From Pseudobdellovibrionaceae bacterium (GTDB lineage Bacteria; Bdellovibrionota; Bdellovibrionia; Bdellovibrionales; Bdellovibrionaceae): a stretch of 64,000 bases of DNA. A model generated the notes under the pieces. It searched no databases. It saw only the letters and a list, made by a program, of their open reading frames with translations, and was not told the DNA's origin. The position numbers and the translations under genes are program-made. This document shows, one piece after another, positions 40,650 through 50,643 of the stretch; position 1 is the stretch's first letter, and each line of letters opens with the position of its first letter. Location: NCBI GenBank assembly GCA_044359815.1, contig JBIKLL010000001.1, forward strand, positions 32,001 to 96,000. Reading direction: 5' to 3'.

Positions 40650-42467
40650 TTACAGCTTACGGCCAAATTCTTTTTCAATAAAATTAAAATCCCATTCAAT
40701 CCAAACGGGTCTGCCGTGGGGACAATAGCTTGATCCTTGAAATCGATCCATCTCCTTTAACAGAGCCTGCATTTCTTGCAGACTCATTGAATGCCCAGCT
40801 CTGATCACAGAATGACAAGACATCGTCGCAAAAATTTCCGACAAAGTTTTTTCAAATTCAAAACTGACACCAAAGGATTTAATCTTCTCGACGGCTTCGG
40901 CCATCACCTTGGGAACAATTCCATCAAACAACAATGACGGAATCGCCGTCACAGCCAAACTGGAAGGCCCCAATATTTCAAAAAACAAACCCAATCTGTT
41001 AAATGATTTTTGATGCTCGGCTAAAACTTCACAATCGCCCGTATCTAAATCAACCACAATGGGCATCAGCAATTGCTGCGATTCCATATTCTGCAACCGC
41101 CACCCCTGCCAGAGCTTTTCATAACCAACCCGTTCATGGGCAGCATGCTGATCAATCAAAAACATTTTTTCAGCCGATTGCGCCAAAATATAAGTCAAAT
41201 GAACCTGTCCGATGACCTGCAGTTTTGACCAGAACTCACCATCAACATTTGATTCAGAATTTACTTTATCTGGAGTGGCGTTAGGCCTTAATTCTTCCAG
41301 ACTTCTAATGTCAAAATGAGCACTGACATTATTTTTTGGGTCACTGTTGAAAGCTTGAAAGCTGACTTTTTTAATTTGAGTGTCATTAATTCCCCAATCC
41401 ATTTGCTGATGTGACTCAACAGGTTTGGGTTCACCAGGAACAAAGCTTTCTGCTTTATTCTGTTGGATTTTGCGATCGGTATTGTCAGCTTTGGGTGATC
41501 TTAGGTGCGAGCTTATTAGGTGATACAGTCTTCTGAAAACAGCTTGAGGATCTTGAAACTTCACCACAGACTTAGTCGGATGCACGTTAACATCAATGGA
41601 CTCAGGATCAACTTCGATCCAAACCACACACTGAGGGTATTCACCTTGCATTAGAAAAGTTCGAAACCCTTCAAAAATAGCCGCCATCAAGGACTTATCC
41701 TGAATCCACCGATTCTGAGCAAACAACCAGATATTTTTAGAGGTCTTTGCTGCAAATCTTGGCTCAGCGATCACGGCTTCGATTTTAATTCCTTGCTCTG
41801 AATGTGTCAGGGTTATGGGTTGCTGCAGATCCAAAACCTGCTTGACCCTCTCAGATCTGGATTCAGCTGATTTCCAAAAATACTCAAGCCGCCCTTCAAT
41901 CAACAGTTTAAATTCCACTTCTGGGTGGGACAGGGCTGTGGCCTTGATCACCTGTTTCATTTGCTGAATTTCAGCGCTAGCAGATTTTAAAAATTTTAAT
42001 CTGGCTGGAACATTTTCAAATAAATTATTAATTTCTACAACGGTGCCTGGCACAGTTGATGTGGACTTGATATTTGATTGCGAGCCAAAATCGCTATCTA
42101 ACTGAAAACCTGAATCAGCATCTTGTGTTCTGGTTTTCAATCTGACTTTTGAAACACTGCTGATGCTTGACAGAGCCTCTCCTCTAAAACCAAAGGTCTT
42201 CAGCTTCCACAAATCTTCTGAGTTTTGAATTTTACTGGTGGAATGCCTGGACAAACACCTTTGCAAATCTTCAGATTCCATACCGATACCATCATCGGTT
42301 ACTTTGACAGATCTTCCCCCATCAGTGATTTCGATAATGATTTTTTGAGCCTCGGCATCCAGTGAGTTTTCGATCAGTTCCTTCAGCATATGAGAAGGCC
42401 TCTCGACAACTTCCCCGGCTGCGATCTGATCAATTACTGATGACTCTAATTGATGAATTTTCCCCAC
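40650..42467 (-). CDS. mutL: DNA mismatch repair protein MutL
   Basis: IAAGEVVERP, GFRGEAL, DVNVHPTK, DQHAAHER, CPHGRP; GTG start inferred. Confidence 0.95.
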   Translation of the reverse strand: MGKIHQLESSVIDQIAAGEVVERPSHMLKELIENSLDAEAQKIIIEITDGGRSVKVTDDGIGMESEDLQRCLSRHSTSKIQNSEDLWKLKTFGFRGEALSSISSVSKVRLKTRTQDADSGFQLDSDFGSQSNIKSTSTVPGTVVEINNLFENVPARLKFLKSASAEIQQMKQVIKATALSHPEVEFKLLIEGRLEYFWKSAESRSERVKQVLDLQQPITLTHSEQGIKIEAVIAEPRFAAKTSKNIWLFAQNRWIQDKSLMAAIFEGFRTFLMQGEYPQCVVWIEVDPESIDVNVHPTKSVVKFQDPQAVFRRLYHLISSHLRSPKADNTDRKIQQNKAESFVPGEPKPVESHQQMDWGINDTQIKKVSFQAFNSDPKNNVSAHFDIRSLEELRPNATPDKVNSESNVDGEFWSKLQVIGQVHLTYILAQSAEKMFLIDQHAAHERVGYEKLWQGWRLQNMESQQLLMPIVVDLDTGDCEVLAEHQKSFNRLGLFFEILGPSSLAVTAIPSLLFDGIVPKVMAEAVEKIKSFGVSFEFEKTLSEIFATMSCHSVIRAGHSMSLQEMQALLKEMDRFQGSSYCPHGRPVWIEWDFNFIEKEFGRKL

Positions 42468-42490
42468 AGACTCTTTATTAATAGATATTA

Positions 42491-43384
42491 CTAAAACGGC
42501 AATTGCAGCGAGGTTGCTAGGCCGTAATAATGCATTTGCTCCCAAAAATACTGGATTTCGCCGCGCAACGACACGCTGCCCAACTTAACTCCAACACCCA
42601 AATTAAATGCGGCTCCAAACGCCATATCATCCATTGAATAATTTTTGTCACGTCCATTAACCGCCATTTCAACATTAAACTTTGAATACTTAAATTGAGG
42701 GCCAAATCCAAAAAATGACATCGTGTCTTTTGACTGGGGAAACACCGTAGAAAATAAAAAATTGCCTATAAAAATCCATCCCCCAGCGGGCTTTCTCGTC
42801 CCCAGTTCGTAATACTTTGGAGCTCCTGGATGATACAAAAAATTTAATTCTGTCGTCATTTCACCTTCAACAACAATGTCGGGCCCCGACATTTTCAGAC
42901 CGTAAAATCCCAGCCCAGCTGTCGGCTTAAGTGTCATGGTTTCTTCACGGTAATTCAGGTAGCTGTATTGCAATCCAATAAATCGGGTCAGCGTATAAGG
43001 CCTTTTGGAATTTCTGTCTTTGGTTTCACTCTTTTCCTGAGCCTTGGCGACTTCCTCAGGTTGATTTTTGGTTTCTTTTTTCCGCTTGGGTAAATTTAAG
43101 GGTTTGATATCCGTGTCGGCAATATACCCAATGACTTTGTTACTGACTTTGATTCGATAAAAAGCGCCGTTAAAAATCTTAGATGAAATCTCAAACTCAC
43201 GTCCTGCATTGACATAGGTTAATACAGGGGCATCAAAATCGGCATTCTTGTAAACAGCAGCTCCATTATTGACTATTTTTGCCTTATATACGGCAAACTT
43301 TTTTGATTGTGCGCTGACAGCGCTGCCAATAAAAATCAAACTCAAAAATAAAAATGTTAAACTATTTTGAATTTTAAATGCCAT
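42491..43384 (-). CDS. Secreted protein with SH3b-like N-domain and probable beta-barrel C-domain
   Basis: Signal peptide; VYK.ADFDAPV...FYRI....GYIAD; beta-strand-rich C-terminus ending in Phe. Confidence 0.6.
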   Translation of the reverse strand: MAFKIQNSLTFLFLSLIFIGSAVSAQSKKFAVYKAKIVNNGAAVYKNADFDAPVLTYVNAGREFEISSKIFNGAFYRIKVSNKVIGYIADTDIKPLNLPKRKKETKNQPEEVAKAQEKSETKDRNSKRPYTLTRFIGLQYSYLNYREETMTLKPTAGLGFYGLKMSGPDIVVEGEMTTELNFLYHPGAPKYYELGTRKPAGGWIFIGNFLFSTVFPQSKDTMSFFGFGPQFKYSKFNVEMAVNGRDKNYSMDDMAFGAAFNLGVGVKLGSVSLRGEIQYFWEQMHYYGLATSLQLPF

Positions 43385-44091
43385 ACACGCACAAGGGCCT
43401 CAATCACAATTTTTAGGGACATTTTGCTTTTTCCAAGTCGTCTTTCCTCAAAGACGATAGGTGTCTCGGCACCTTTGAAACCAGCTTTTAAAGCGCGGTA
43501 TTTAAGTTCGATTTGAAAACTGTAACCATTGGATTGAATTTCATTTATGCCAATTTTATTTAAAACCTTTGTTTGCCAAGCATTAAATCCCCCGGTCCAA
43601 TCATTGATGGGAAATCCCAAAATCAATCTGGAATAAATTCCACCGGCTTTCGAGATCAGCTTTCTAAACAACCCCCAATTCACAGTGCTACCACCCTGAA
43701 CATATCTGGATCCAATTGCAAAATCATTCTCAGTCGCAGCAGCAACGACTTTACCTAAATCCATGGGTCTGTGTGAAAAGTCCGCGTCCATTTCAACTAA
43801 AATTTCAAATCCATTTTTAACACCCCATTCAAAACCTGCCACATAGGCTCTACCCAAGCCGTCTTTCTTAGCTCGCGCCAATAAATGAACCTGAGGATCT
43901 TGCAGATTTTTAACCAGCTGACCCGTCCCATCCGGCGAATTATCATCAACAACTAAAATACTGTAGGATGGTTGCAGTTTTCTGATTTCTGCAATGATCA
44001 GTAGAATGTTTTCTTTTTCATTATAAGTTGGGATGATAATTAATGTTTTCACTCTGATTGACAGTGGATCACGAGAATCTGAAATTTTCAA
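43357..44091 (-). CDS. Polyprenol monophosphomannose synthase-like GT2 glycosyltransferase
   Basis: IIPTYNE, VVDDNSPDGT, EMDADFSH, GSRY, GYSFQIE. Confidence 0.9.
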   Translation of the reverse strand: MKISDSRDPLSIRVKTLIIIPTYNEKENILLIIAEIRKLQPSYSILVVDDNSPDGTGQLVKNLQDPQVHLLARAKKDGLGRAYVAGFEWGVKNGFEILVEMDADFSHRPMDLGKVVAAATENDFAIGSRYVQGGSTVNWGLFRKLISKAGGIYSRLILGFPINDWTGGFNAWQTKVLNKIGINEIQSNGYSFQIELKYRALKAGFKGAETPIVFEERRLGKSKMSLKIVIEALVRVWHLKFKIV

Positions 44092-44568
44092 TCAGACTTG
44101 GCGCGAAATCATCGAACCTTTTTGAGTTTTCTTTGATTTTTCTAAAACTTCTTTTCTGTGTTTAGAAATTGTTGGTAGCTTTAGCGGATTCGCTAAAATT
44201 GTTTCTGGCCTTGCTTTACGCTCATCTAACTTTAATTTGACTTTTACAGCTGCTTTTTCTGGTTCCTTTAAATACAAAATGGGATCAAATCCACAGTTTT
44301 TACAGACCATCGAAATCCGCCATCTCATGCTGACAAATAACTCTGACACCAAGGCAAACACCGCCCAAATGATCAATCCCATGGGATGAATTTCTCTGAA
44401 AAGCACATACATAATGCTCACAGCCCCCAAAAAAGAAACTGCAAAATTCACCGCTGATACTGACTTTTTTTTGTAGATAGTTCGTTCTGATTTGCAAAAG
44501 GCGCAATAGCATCGTGTCCGATTCAAAACACTGTCAAACACACTAATCAAACTGCCTTTTTTTGCCAT
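44092..44568 (-). CDS. Hypothetical membrane protein with CxxC pairs flanking two TM helices
   Basis: CAFC ... 2 TM ... CKNCGFDP. Confidence 0.65.
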   Translation of the reverse strand: MAKKGSLISVFDSVLNRTRCYCAFCKSERTIYKKKSVSAVNFAVSFLGAVSIMYVLFREIHPMGLIIWAVFALVSELFVSMRWRISMVCKNCGFDPILYLKEPEKAAVKVKLKLDERKARPETILANPLKLPTISKHRKEVLEKSKKTQKGSMISRQV

Positions 44569-44649
44569 CTCAATTTATTGTAGCAAAGATTTGGTCTAGG
44601 ATTCCATTGCTGATTTTGTTGATGGGGCTTTTTTTGTTACAATCTTGGT

Positions 44650-45303
44650 ATGAGTACATACAAGTCCACAATTAAAAAAGCGATTCTGATTCTGATGACT
44701 GCTTTCAGCTGGACCCAGGTCCAGGCGCAGGATTACCAAGAGCAAAGTTACGATGACCTTCTGAATGAATTAACCAGCAGAAGCAAACGCACTCAATCTT
44801 ACTATGCCAATGAATCATTAGACTCGATCAAGATTCATGTGGGCTTTGGAGCACTGGCTTCAGCCAACAAAATAAAAATGCTAGATAAAACTTTTATCAA
44901 AGAACAATCGGGATTTCAGCTTTCGATGGGTTTGGATTTGTTTTCACAGAACTGGGCCACAGAAATCGTGATAAGAAACTTTGGTCAAACCACTTCGGCT
45001 TCCGAAATCAGAAGTCTTCGCGAATATGATTTAACAGTTCTGTTCAAAGACAAACTGGAAAACCAAATGGGATACAGATTGGGAATGGGATTGGGAACTC
45101 GTTATTTACGCATATCTGACAATCTCAATAATATTTTCGTGGACAGCTCCACACCCACCGGAGTGCTCTTTATTGGAGCAGAAGCCTTTCTGAGTCAGTA
45201 TTTAAGCTTCATTTTTGATTTAGGCACTCGAACTGCCTTAATTTCAGACACAGTCGATAAGAATTCTATTGATTTAGGTCTGAGTCTTGTAACAAACTTT
45301 TAA
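44650..45303 (+). CDS. Hypothetical outer membrane beta-barrel protein
   Basis: Signal peptide, beta-strand pattern, terminal Phe. Confidence 0.6.
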   Translation: MSTYKSTIKKAILILMTAFSWTQVQAQDYQEQSYDDLLNELTSRSKRTQSYYANESLDSIKIHVGFGALASANKIKMLDKTFIKEQSGFQLSMGLDLFSQNWATEIVIRNFGQTTSASEIRSLREYDLTVLFKDKLENQMGYRLGMGLGTRYLRISDNLNNIFVDSSTPTGVLFIGAEAFLSQYLSFIFDLGTRTALISDTVDKNSIDLGLSLVTNF

Positions 45304-45309
45304 TAATCT

Positions 45310-45906
45310 ATGGATTTAAGCTTTATTAAAAACAACGACATCAGGGACACCTGCGAGTCCATCCTCAAATTTTTGAGACATCCCATAGAACAAGTAAAAT
45401 TTATTCCCGATTGGTCATGGCGAAGGGTCTTGATCAGTATTTGTGTTTTATCAGCCTTATCAGGTTTTTTAAAAAACTTAATTATCGGTAGCTCTCTGAT
45501 TGCTGTCTTGAGCATCATCTCCAATCCCATTTTGACTTTATTGATGATTTTAACTTCTTGTGTTTTTTTCTATTACAGTCTGCAGGTTTTCCTGAATAAA
45601 ACAGTGGATTTTAAAAAGCTTTTTGTTCTGTTGTTTTTTGCAAACCTGCCTCTGATATTTTTTCAAGTGCTTGCAGAGGTCATCGCCCCTGTTACTTTGA
45701 TTGGTCTGCTTTTTTCATGCTTTATCACCATTGTTGGAATCCACGAAAACTTTGGTGTCGAGAAAAAATGGGCCTTCAGGATAGTAGGAGCCGCCTACGG
45801 AGTCTTGTTTGCGGTTTGGATAGCTGGCCAGATCAAATCGTTACGGCTTGAAGAAAAGTTTGAATCCAAAATCGACAAAGCCCCTATGGTGGAACTCAAC
45901 AAATAA
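45310..45906 (+). CDS. Yip1-like membrane protein
   Basis: FL.HP start, five hydrophobic helices. Confidence 0.55.
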   Translation: MDLSFIKNNDIRDTCESILKFLRHPIEQVKFIPDWSWRRVLISICVLSALSGFLKNLIIGSSLIAVLSIISNPILTLLMILTSCVFFYYSLQVFLNKTVDFKKLFVLLFFANLPLIFFQVLAEVIAPVTLIGLLFSCFITIVGIHENFGVEKKWAFRIVGAAYGVLFAVWIAGQIKSLRLEEKFESKIDKAPMVELNK

Positions 45907-45931
45907 AATTCTGTCGTAAAAACAATAACTC

Positions 45932-46346
45932 GCCTGCCTGGCTGTGCGGTTATTTTCTGAAACCAGATTTTGTATTTTCAAATGTTTCTTTATTTTATAC
46001 CTTGTGAATACTTGCTAACGGCCGCAAGCTCATCTCTCGTATTGCATAAATACAAAGATAATTTGTTTTTACTGTTTTTAGACACATGCAGCGAGCGTGC
46101 GGGGCATATCTGGTGTTGAGTCATTTTATAAAAGCAAAAAGATTGCTTTTATAAAATGACTCAACACGAGAGATGAGCCCGCGGCCGTTAGCGAGTGTCT
46201 AAAAATAGTGAAAAAAATTATCTTTTCATTTACGCATCACGAGATATGCCATGCGCGCTCGCAAATGTATTCACAAGGTATAAAATAAAGAAACATTTGA
46301 AAATACAAAATCTGGTTTCAGAAAATAACCGCACAGCCAAGTGGGC
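45932..46346. repeat. Type 2 rod-like palindromic element, copy 2 (inverted relative to copy 1)
   Basis: Perfect 73-bp IR 45939-46011 / 46267-46339; interior closely matches reverse complement of 31884-32152; right end GCCAAGTGGGC shared with copy 1. Confidence 0.95.
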
Positions 46347-46359
46347 TAGATGTTACCTA

Positions 46360-46803
46360 TTAGACGCCGGTTGAACCAAAGCCATGTGCACCACGCTCGG
46401 TTTCAGTCAAAACTTCCACCAATTTGAAATCGACTTGCACAATGGGTGTAACAACCAGCTGAGCAATGCGATCTTGATCATTAATCACAAAATCCTCTTG
46501 TCCCAGATTAATCAAAATAATTTTAACCTCACCGCGAAAATCAGCATCAATAGTTCCAGGTGAATTCACCAATGAAATTCCATTTTTAATAGCCAATCCG
46601 CTGCGAGGCCTCGCCTGAATTTCCATTCCCAAAGGAATTTCAAAACTCAATCCTGTTGGGATCAGAGATCTTTGACCTGGTTTAAGAATAAGTTTTTCTG
46701 ACAACTGCGCTCTAACATCAAACCCACTGGCCCCTTTTGACTGATAGGCTGGCAGTTCACCTTTAAAATGAGCTAATTTTGTAACCTTTAATACTGTCCC
46801 CAC
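46360..46803 (-). CDS. dut: dUTP diphosphatase
   Basis: GASGFD, RPRSGLA, NSPGTIDADFRGE, RIAQLV, RG..GFGSTG. Confidence 0.96.
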   Translation of the reverse strand: MGTVLKVTKLAHFKGELPAYQSKGASGFDVRAQLSEKLILKPGQRSLIPTGLSFEIPLGMEIQARPRSGLAIKNGISLVNSPGTIDADFRGEVKIILINLGQEDFVINDQDRIAQLVVTPIVQVDFKLVEVLTETERGAHGFGSTGV

Positions 46804-46814
46804 AATGCCTCCCT

Positions 46815-48098
46815 CTATTTTCTGATTTTCTTGCTAAAATCCCAATCTAAAAACCAATCTTCCATTTCTTTGACTTTTGCACCCATCAAATAAGCGCCCA
46901 CGTTTTTTAAATCCCAATATTCGTGCATAAAATCATGCATCGAGCTGACACTGACTGCTTTTAATTCTGAAATAATCTCATCGACCGGTTTGTATTTTCT
47001 AAAAACCATTTCATTAACACCTAATGATTGCATACGATTTTCAACATCATCCGCGCCCAATTTTAAACTGCCGATCACTTGGGTCTTAAACATTTCAATC
47101 GATTTTTTATTTATCAGTTTGTCTATACCCTGCATCTGCTTTGTGACTTCAGTAAAAATATCTTTCATATTGTTAGGCTCGCTGGCCGCATAAACAGTCA
47201 ACAAACCAAAATCAACAAAGGTATTTAAAAAAGAATAAATAGTGTAGGACAGCCCCTTACGCTCACGCACACTTTGATACAGTGTCGAGGTCATTCCTCC
47301 GCCCAAAAGTGCGTTCAAAACAAAAGCTTCAAACCGATGTGAGTTCTTAAAGCTAGTACTGGATAACCCGACCAACATATGTGTTTGTTCAGTGGGCTTT
47401 TCCTTGGTCTTTCTAAAACCCTTAAACAACGGAGGCCTTCTGGACAGCTTGGTATGAAAACTTCTTTTACCTTTTCTAAAAAGCTTCTGAGTTTTTTCAG
47501 AAATTTCTTTGTGTCCAATATTGCCAGCTGCCGAAACAATAATGCTGGCAGGGCTGTAGGCTTTTTTATAAAAACTATTTACTTTTTGTCGGGTCATCGC
47601 TTGGATCGATTCAACTGTTCCCAGGATAGGCTTGGCCAGTGAATGGCCTTTGAGACCTTCCTCCAAAAAAAAGTCATAAATCAGTTCATCCAGCTCATCA
47701 TCAGACATAGTGATTTCTTGCAAAATCACAGATTTTTCCAATTCAAAATTTCTGGGTCCCATATCCATATTCAGAACCAAATCTGACAGGACGTCTAAGG
47801 CCTTTTCCCAATAATCCTTAAGAACCATTGCATGATAACAAGTGTATTCACGTGTGGTGAACGCATTCAGGTCACCACCGACTTCTTCTAATGATTTAGC
47901 GATTTCATAGGCTGATCTGGTTTTTGTACCTTTAAAAACCATGTGCTCTAGCAAATGGGAGATTCCACCCAGACCCTTTGGTTCATCCCGAGTACCCCGT
48001 TCAACCCAAATGCCTATGGAAACGGCTTCTGTGTGAGAATGATTTTCTGTAACCACTCTCACACCGCTATCCAGCACTGTTCTGTCAAATTTTGCCAT
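46815..48098 (-). CDS. M16 family (pitrilysin-like) zinc peptidase
   Basis: HLLEHMVFKGT (HxxEH), LNAFT.RE, LGGGM.S.L.Q.VRE.KGL.Y. Confidence 0.92.
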   Translation of the reverse strand: MAKFDRTVLDSGVRVVTENHSHTEAVSIGIWVERGTRDEPKGLGGISHLLEHMVFKGTKTRSAYEIAKSLEEVGGDLNAFTTREYTCYHAMVLKDYWEKALDVLSDLVLNMDMGPRNFELEKSVILQEITMSDDELDELIYDFFLEEGLKGHSLAKPILGTVESIQAMTRQKVNSFYKKAYSPASIIVSAAGNIGHKEISEKTQKLFRKGKRSFHTKLSRRPPLFKGFRKTKEKPTEQTHMLVGLSSTSFKNSHRFEAFVLNALLGGGMTSTLYQSVRERKGLSYTIYSFLNTFVDFGLLTVYAASEPNNMKDIFTEVTKQMQGIDKLINKKSIEMFKTQVIGSLKLGADDVENRMQSLGVNEMVFRKYKPVDEIISELKAVSVSSMHDFMHEYWDLKNVGAYLMGAKVKEMEDWFLDWDFSKKIRK

Positions 48099-50203
48099 TA
48101 TTGTTTTTCGAGCAAGACTTTTCTAGACAATTTTATTCTGCCAGCTCTATCAACGTCTAATACCTTAACGTCGATGGTTTCGCCTTCTTGTAATACTTCC
48201 CCCACGCTTCTGATTCTTTCATGGGCGATTTCAGATATGTGCAACAGACCCTGAGTGTTTGGCAAAATCTCTACAAAGGCTCCAAAGTCAGCAATTTTAA
48301 CGACTTTACCCTTATAGGTTTTTCCAACTTCAGCTTCTGCACAAATGTCATTGATGATTGCAATGGCTTTTTGAGTCGCTTCAGGATCTGAAGCTGCAAT
48401 GTGAATAGTTCCATCGTCTTCGATTTCAATTTTCACACCTGTAGATTCAGTGATTCCACGAATGACTTTACCACCAGCACCAATAACTTCTCTGATTTTA
48501 TCTGGATGAATCTTGATGGTTTCAATTCTAGGAGCAAATTGTGAAATCTGTCCCCGTGGACTTGAAATCACTTTTTCCATTTCTCTTAAAATATGCAGAC
48601 GGCCTTCTTTAGCCTGAGCCAAAGCTTGTTCCATCACAGCGAAAGAAACTGAATCAATTTTGATATCCATTTGAACTGAAGTGATCCCAGCCGCTGTACC
48701 AGCAACTTTAAAATCCATATCACCTAAATGATCTTCATCACCTAAAATATCCGTTAATACGGCAACTTTATCGCCTTCTTTAATCAGACCCATGGCAATA
48801 CCGGCTACATTTCCCTTAATAGGGACACCCGCATCCAATAATCCTAAAATTCCACTGCAAACTGTTCCCATTGAGCTGGATCCATTAGATTCCAAAACTT
48901 CGGCAACAATTCTGATTGTGTAAGGGAATTTTTCAAAATCTGGTAACACGGCCTTGATAGCTCTTTCAGCCAAGTTCCCGTGACCAATTTCACGACGTCC
49001 TTGACCACCATATCTGCCGGTTTCACCCACAGAAAAAGGAGGGAAATTATAATGCAGTAAAAATTTACGTTTTTGCATTCCCATCAGTGAATCAATCATT
49101 TGCTCATCGTCACCAGTGCCCAATGTCACAGTACCTAACACTTGAGTTTCCCCACGTGTGAACAATCCACTGCCGTGAGTTCTTGGCAACAAACCCACTT
49201 CACAAGCAATCGGTCTGACCTGATTTAATTTACGACCATCAATACGGTAGCTTTGATTTAAAATATTGCTTCGAGCAATTTTGTATTTCAAATCTTCCAA
49301 TATAACTAAAATTTCTTTTTGCCTTTGAGACTTCAATTTATCATCTGCAATTGGCGCTAATACTTTTTCAAAAGCTGTGTTTTTTGCAGTATCAAACAAT
49401 TGATACCTTTCACCTTTATCTTTGGTTTTAAATGCTTTTTCCAAAATAGGAGTCAACACGCCTTCAATTTCTTTTTTGGCAGTTTCATCAATTTTTTTAG
49501 CTTCAAATTTCATTTTTGCTTTTGAACCAGTTTTTTCACGCAGCTCATCTTGTGCGTTCAACAAAGGTTCCAAAGACTGATGACCAAATTTTAATGCTGA
49601 CAGCATATCGCTTTCAGAAACAAACTTAGTTTCACCTTCCACCATCAAAATACCTTGCTTGGTTCCAGCAACAACTATGTCTAAATCAGATCGTTCAAGC
49701 TGTGAAGGAGACGGATTGGCAATCCACTGTCCATCAATCCTGCCAACCAATACAGAAGCAACTGGTCCCAAAAACGGAATGTCGCTGATATGTAAAGCCG
49801 CTGATGCGCCAACACTGGCTAACATTGAAACCGGAAATTCACCATCGGCTGACAACACCGTTGCCACGACCTGAGTGTCATTCATATACCCTTCAGGAAA
49901 TTTAGGTCTGATAGGTCTGTCAATCAACCTAGCAGTTAAAACTGCATCGTTTGTTGGTTTACCTTCACGTTTAAAATAACCACCTGGGATTTTACCTGTG
50001 GCATAAAATTTTTCTTGGTATTCAACCATCAACGGAAAATAATCTCCGTCACTGGCCTCACGATCAGCCACCGCTGTCACCAAAACGATGTTATTACCGC
50101 TGCTCACTAGCACTGAACCATTAGCTTGCTTTGCTAATCGTCCCGTTTCGATAGTGATTTGCTTTCCTCCTACTGAGGTCGTCACTGTTGTCTTCATTCG
50201 CAC
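48098..50203 (-). CDS. pnp: Polyribonucleotide nucleotidyltransferase
   Basis: ETGRLAKQA, RREIGHG, LESNGSSSM, GDMDFKVAGT, KH and S1 domains. Confidence 0.97.
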   Translation of the reverse strand: MRMKTTVTTSVGGKQITIETGRLAKQANGSVLVSSGNNIVLVTAVADREASDGDYFPLMVEYQEKFYATGKIPGGYFKREGKPTNDAVLTARLIDRPIRPKFPEGYMNDTQVVATVLSADGEFPVSMLASVGASAALHISDIPFLGPVASVLVGRIDGQWIANPSPSQLERSDLDIVVAGTKQGILMVEGETKFVSESDMLSALKFGHQSLEPLLNAQDELREKTGSKAKMKFEAKKIDETAKKEIEGVLTPILEKAFKTKDKGERYQLFDTAKNTAFEKVLAPIADDKLKSQRQKEILVILEDLKYKIARSNILNQSYRIDGRKLNQVRPIACEVGLLPRTHGSGLFTRGETQVLGTVTLGTGDDEQMIDSLMGMQKRKFLLHYNFPPFSVGETGRYGGQGRREIGHGNLAERAIKAVLPDFEKFPYTIRIVAEVLESNGSSSMGTVCSGILGLLDAGVPIKGNVAGIAMGLIKEGDKVAVLTDILGDEDHLGDMDFKVAGTAAGITSVQMDIKIDSVSFAVMEQALAQAKEGRLHILREMEKVISSPRGQISQFAPRIETIKIHPDKIREVIGAGGKVIRGITESTGVKIEIEDDGTIHIAASDPEATQKAIAIINDICAEAEVGKTYKGKVVKIADFGAFVEILPNTQGLLHISEIAHERIRSVGEVLQEGETIDVKVLDVDRAGRIKLSRKVLLEKQ

Positions 50204-50238
50204 TCCTTACTGTATGATTTCTTGTTAAAATGCTTTGG

Positions 50239-50508
50239 CTATTTACGAATATCCAATTCACCCAACAAATCGGAGTACCTTTTAAGATTGGTTCTTTTTA
50301 AATAGTCTAACAATTTTCTTCTTTGATTTACGGCTTTCATCATTCCTCTGCGGCCGTGAAAATCTTTTTTGTGTTCATTGAAATGATTTGTCATTTCATT
50401 GATTTTTGCAGTCAACAGGGCCACTTGAACTTCTGATGATCCAGTGTCCAGATTGGCTCGTTGGAATTTCTTAATGATTTGCTCTTTTTGCGCTTTTTTG
50501 ACCGCCAT
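50239..50508 (-). CDS. rpsO: 30S ribosomal protein S15
   Basis: [29 protein letters not shown]. Confidence 0.97.
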   Translation of the reverse strand: MAVKKAQKEQIIKKFQRANLDTGSSEVQVALLTAKINEMTNHFNEHKKDFHGRRGMMKAVNQRRKLLDYLKRTNLKRYSDLLGELDIRK

Positions 50509-50643
50509 TAAAGTCTCCTTTTTTTACATTGTTTTACAATGTTCTTTCAGTTGTTTATTGATTCCAATTTACCGTCATGGCTGTCGGTAAACTCGAATAG
50601 GCTTTTCTATCGTTATTTCAAACATTTGGTCAATGCTTACCTG

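Noticed and set aside
11700..46350. CRISPR array or simple terminator interpretation of the repeats
   Set aside because: No regularly spaced direct repeats with unique spacers and no cas genes; stems are far longer than intrinsic terminators and share conserved cores
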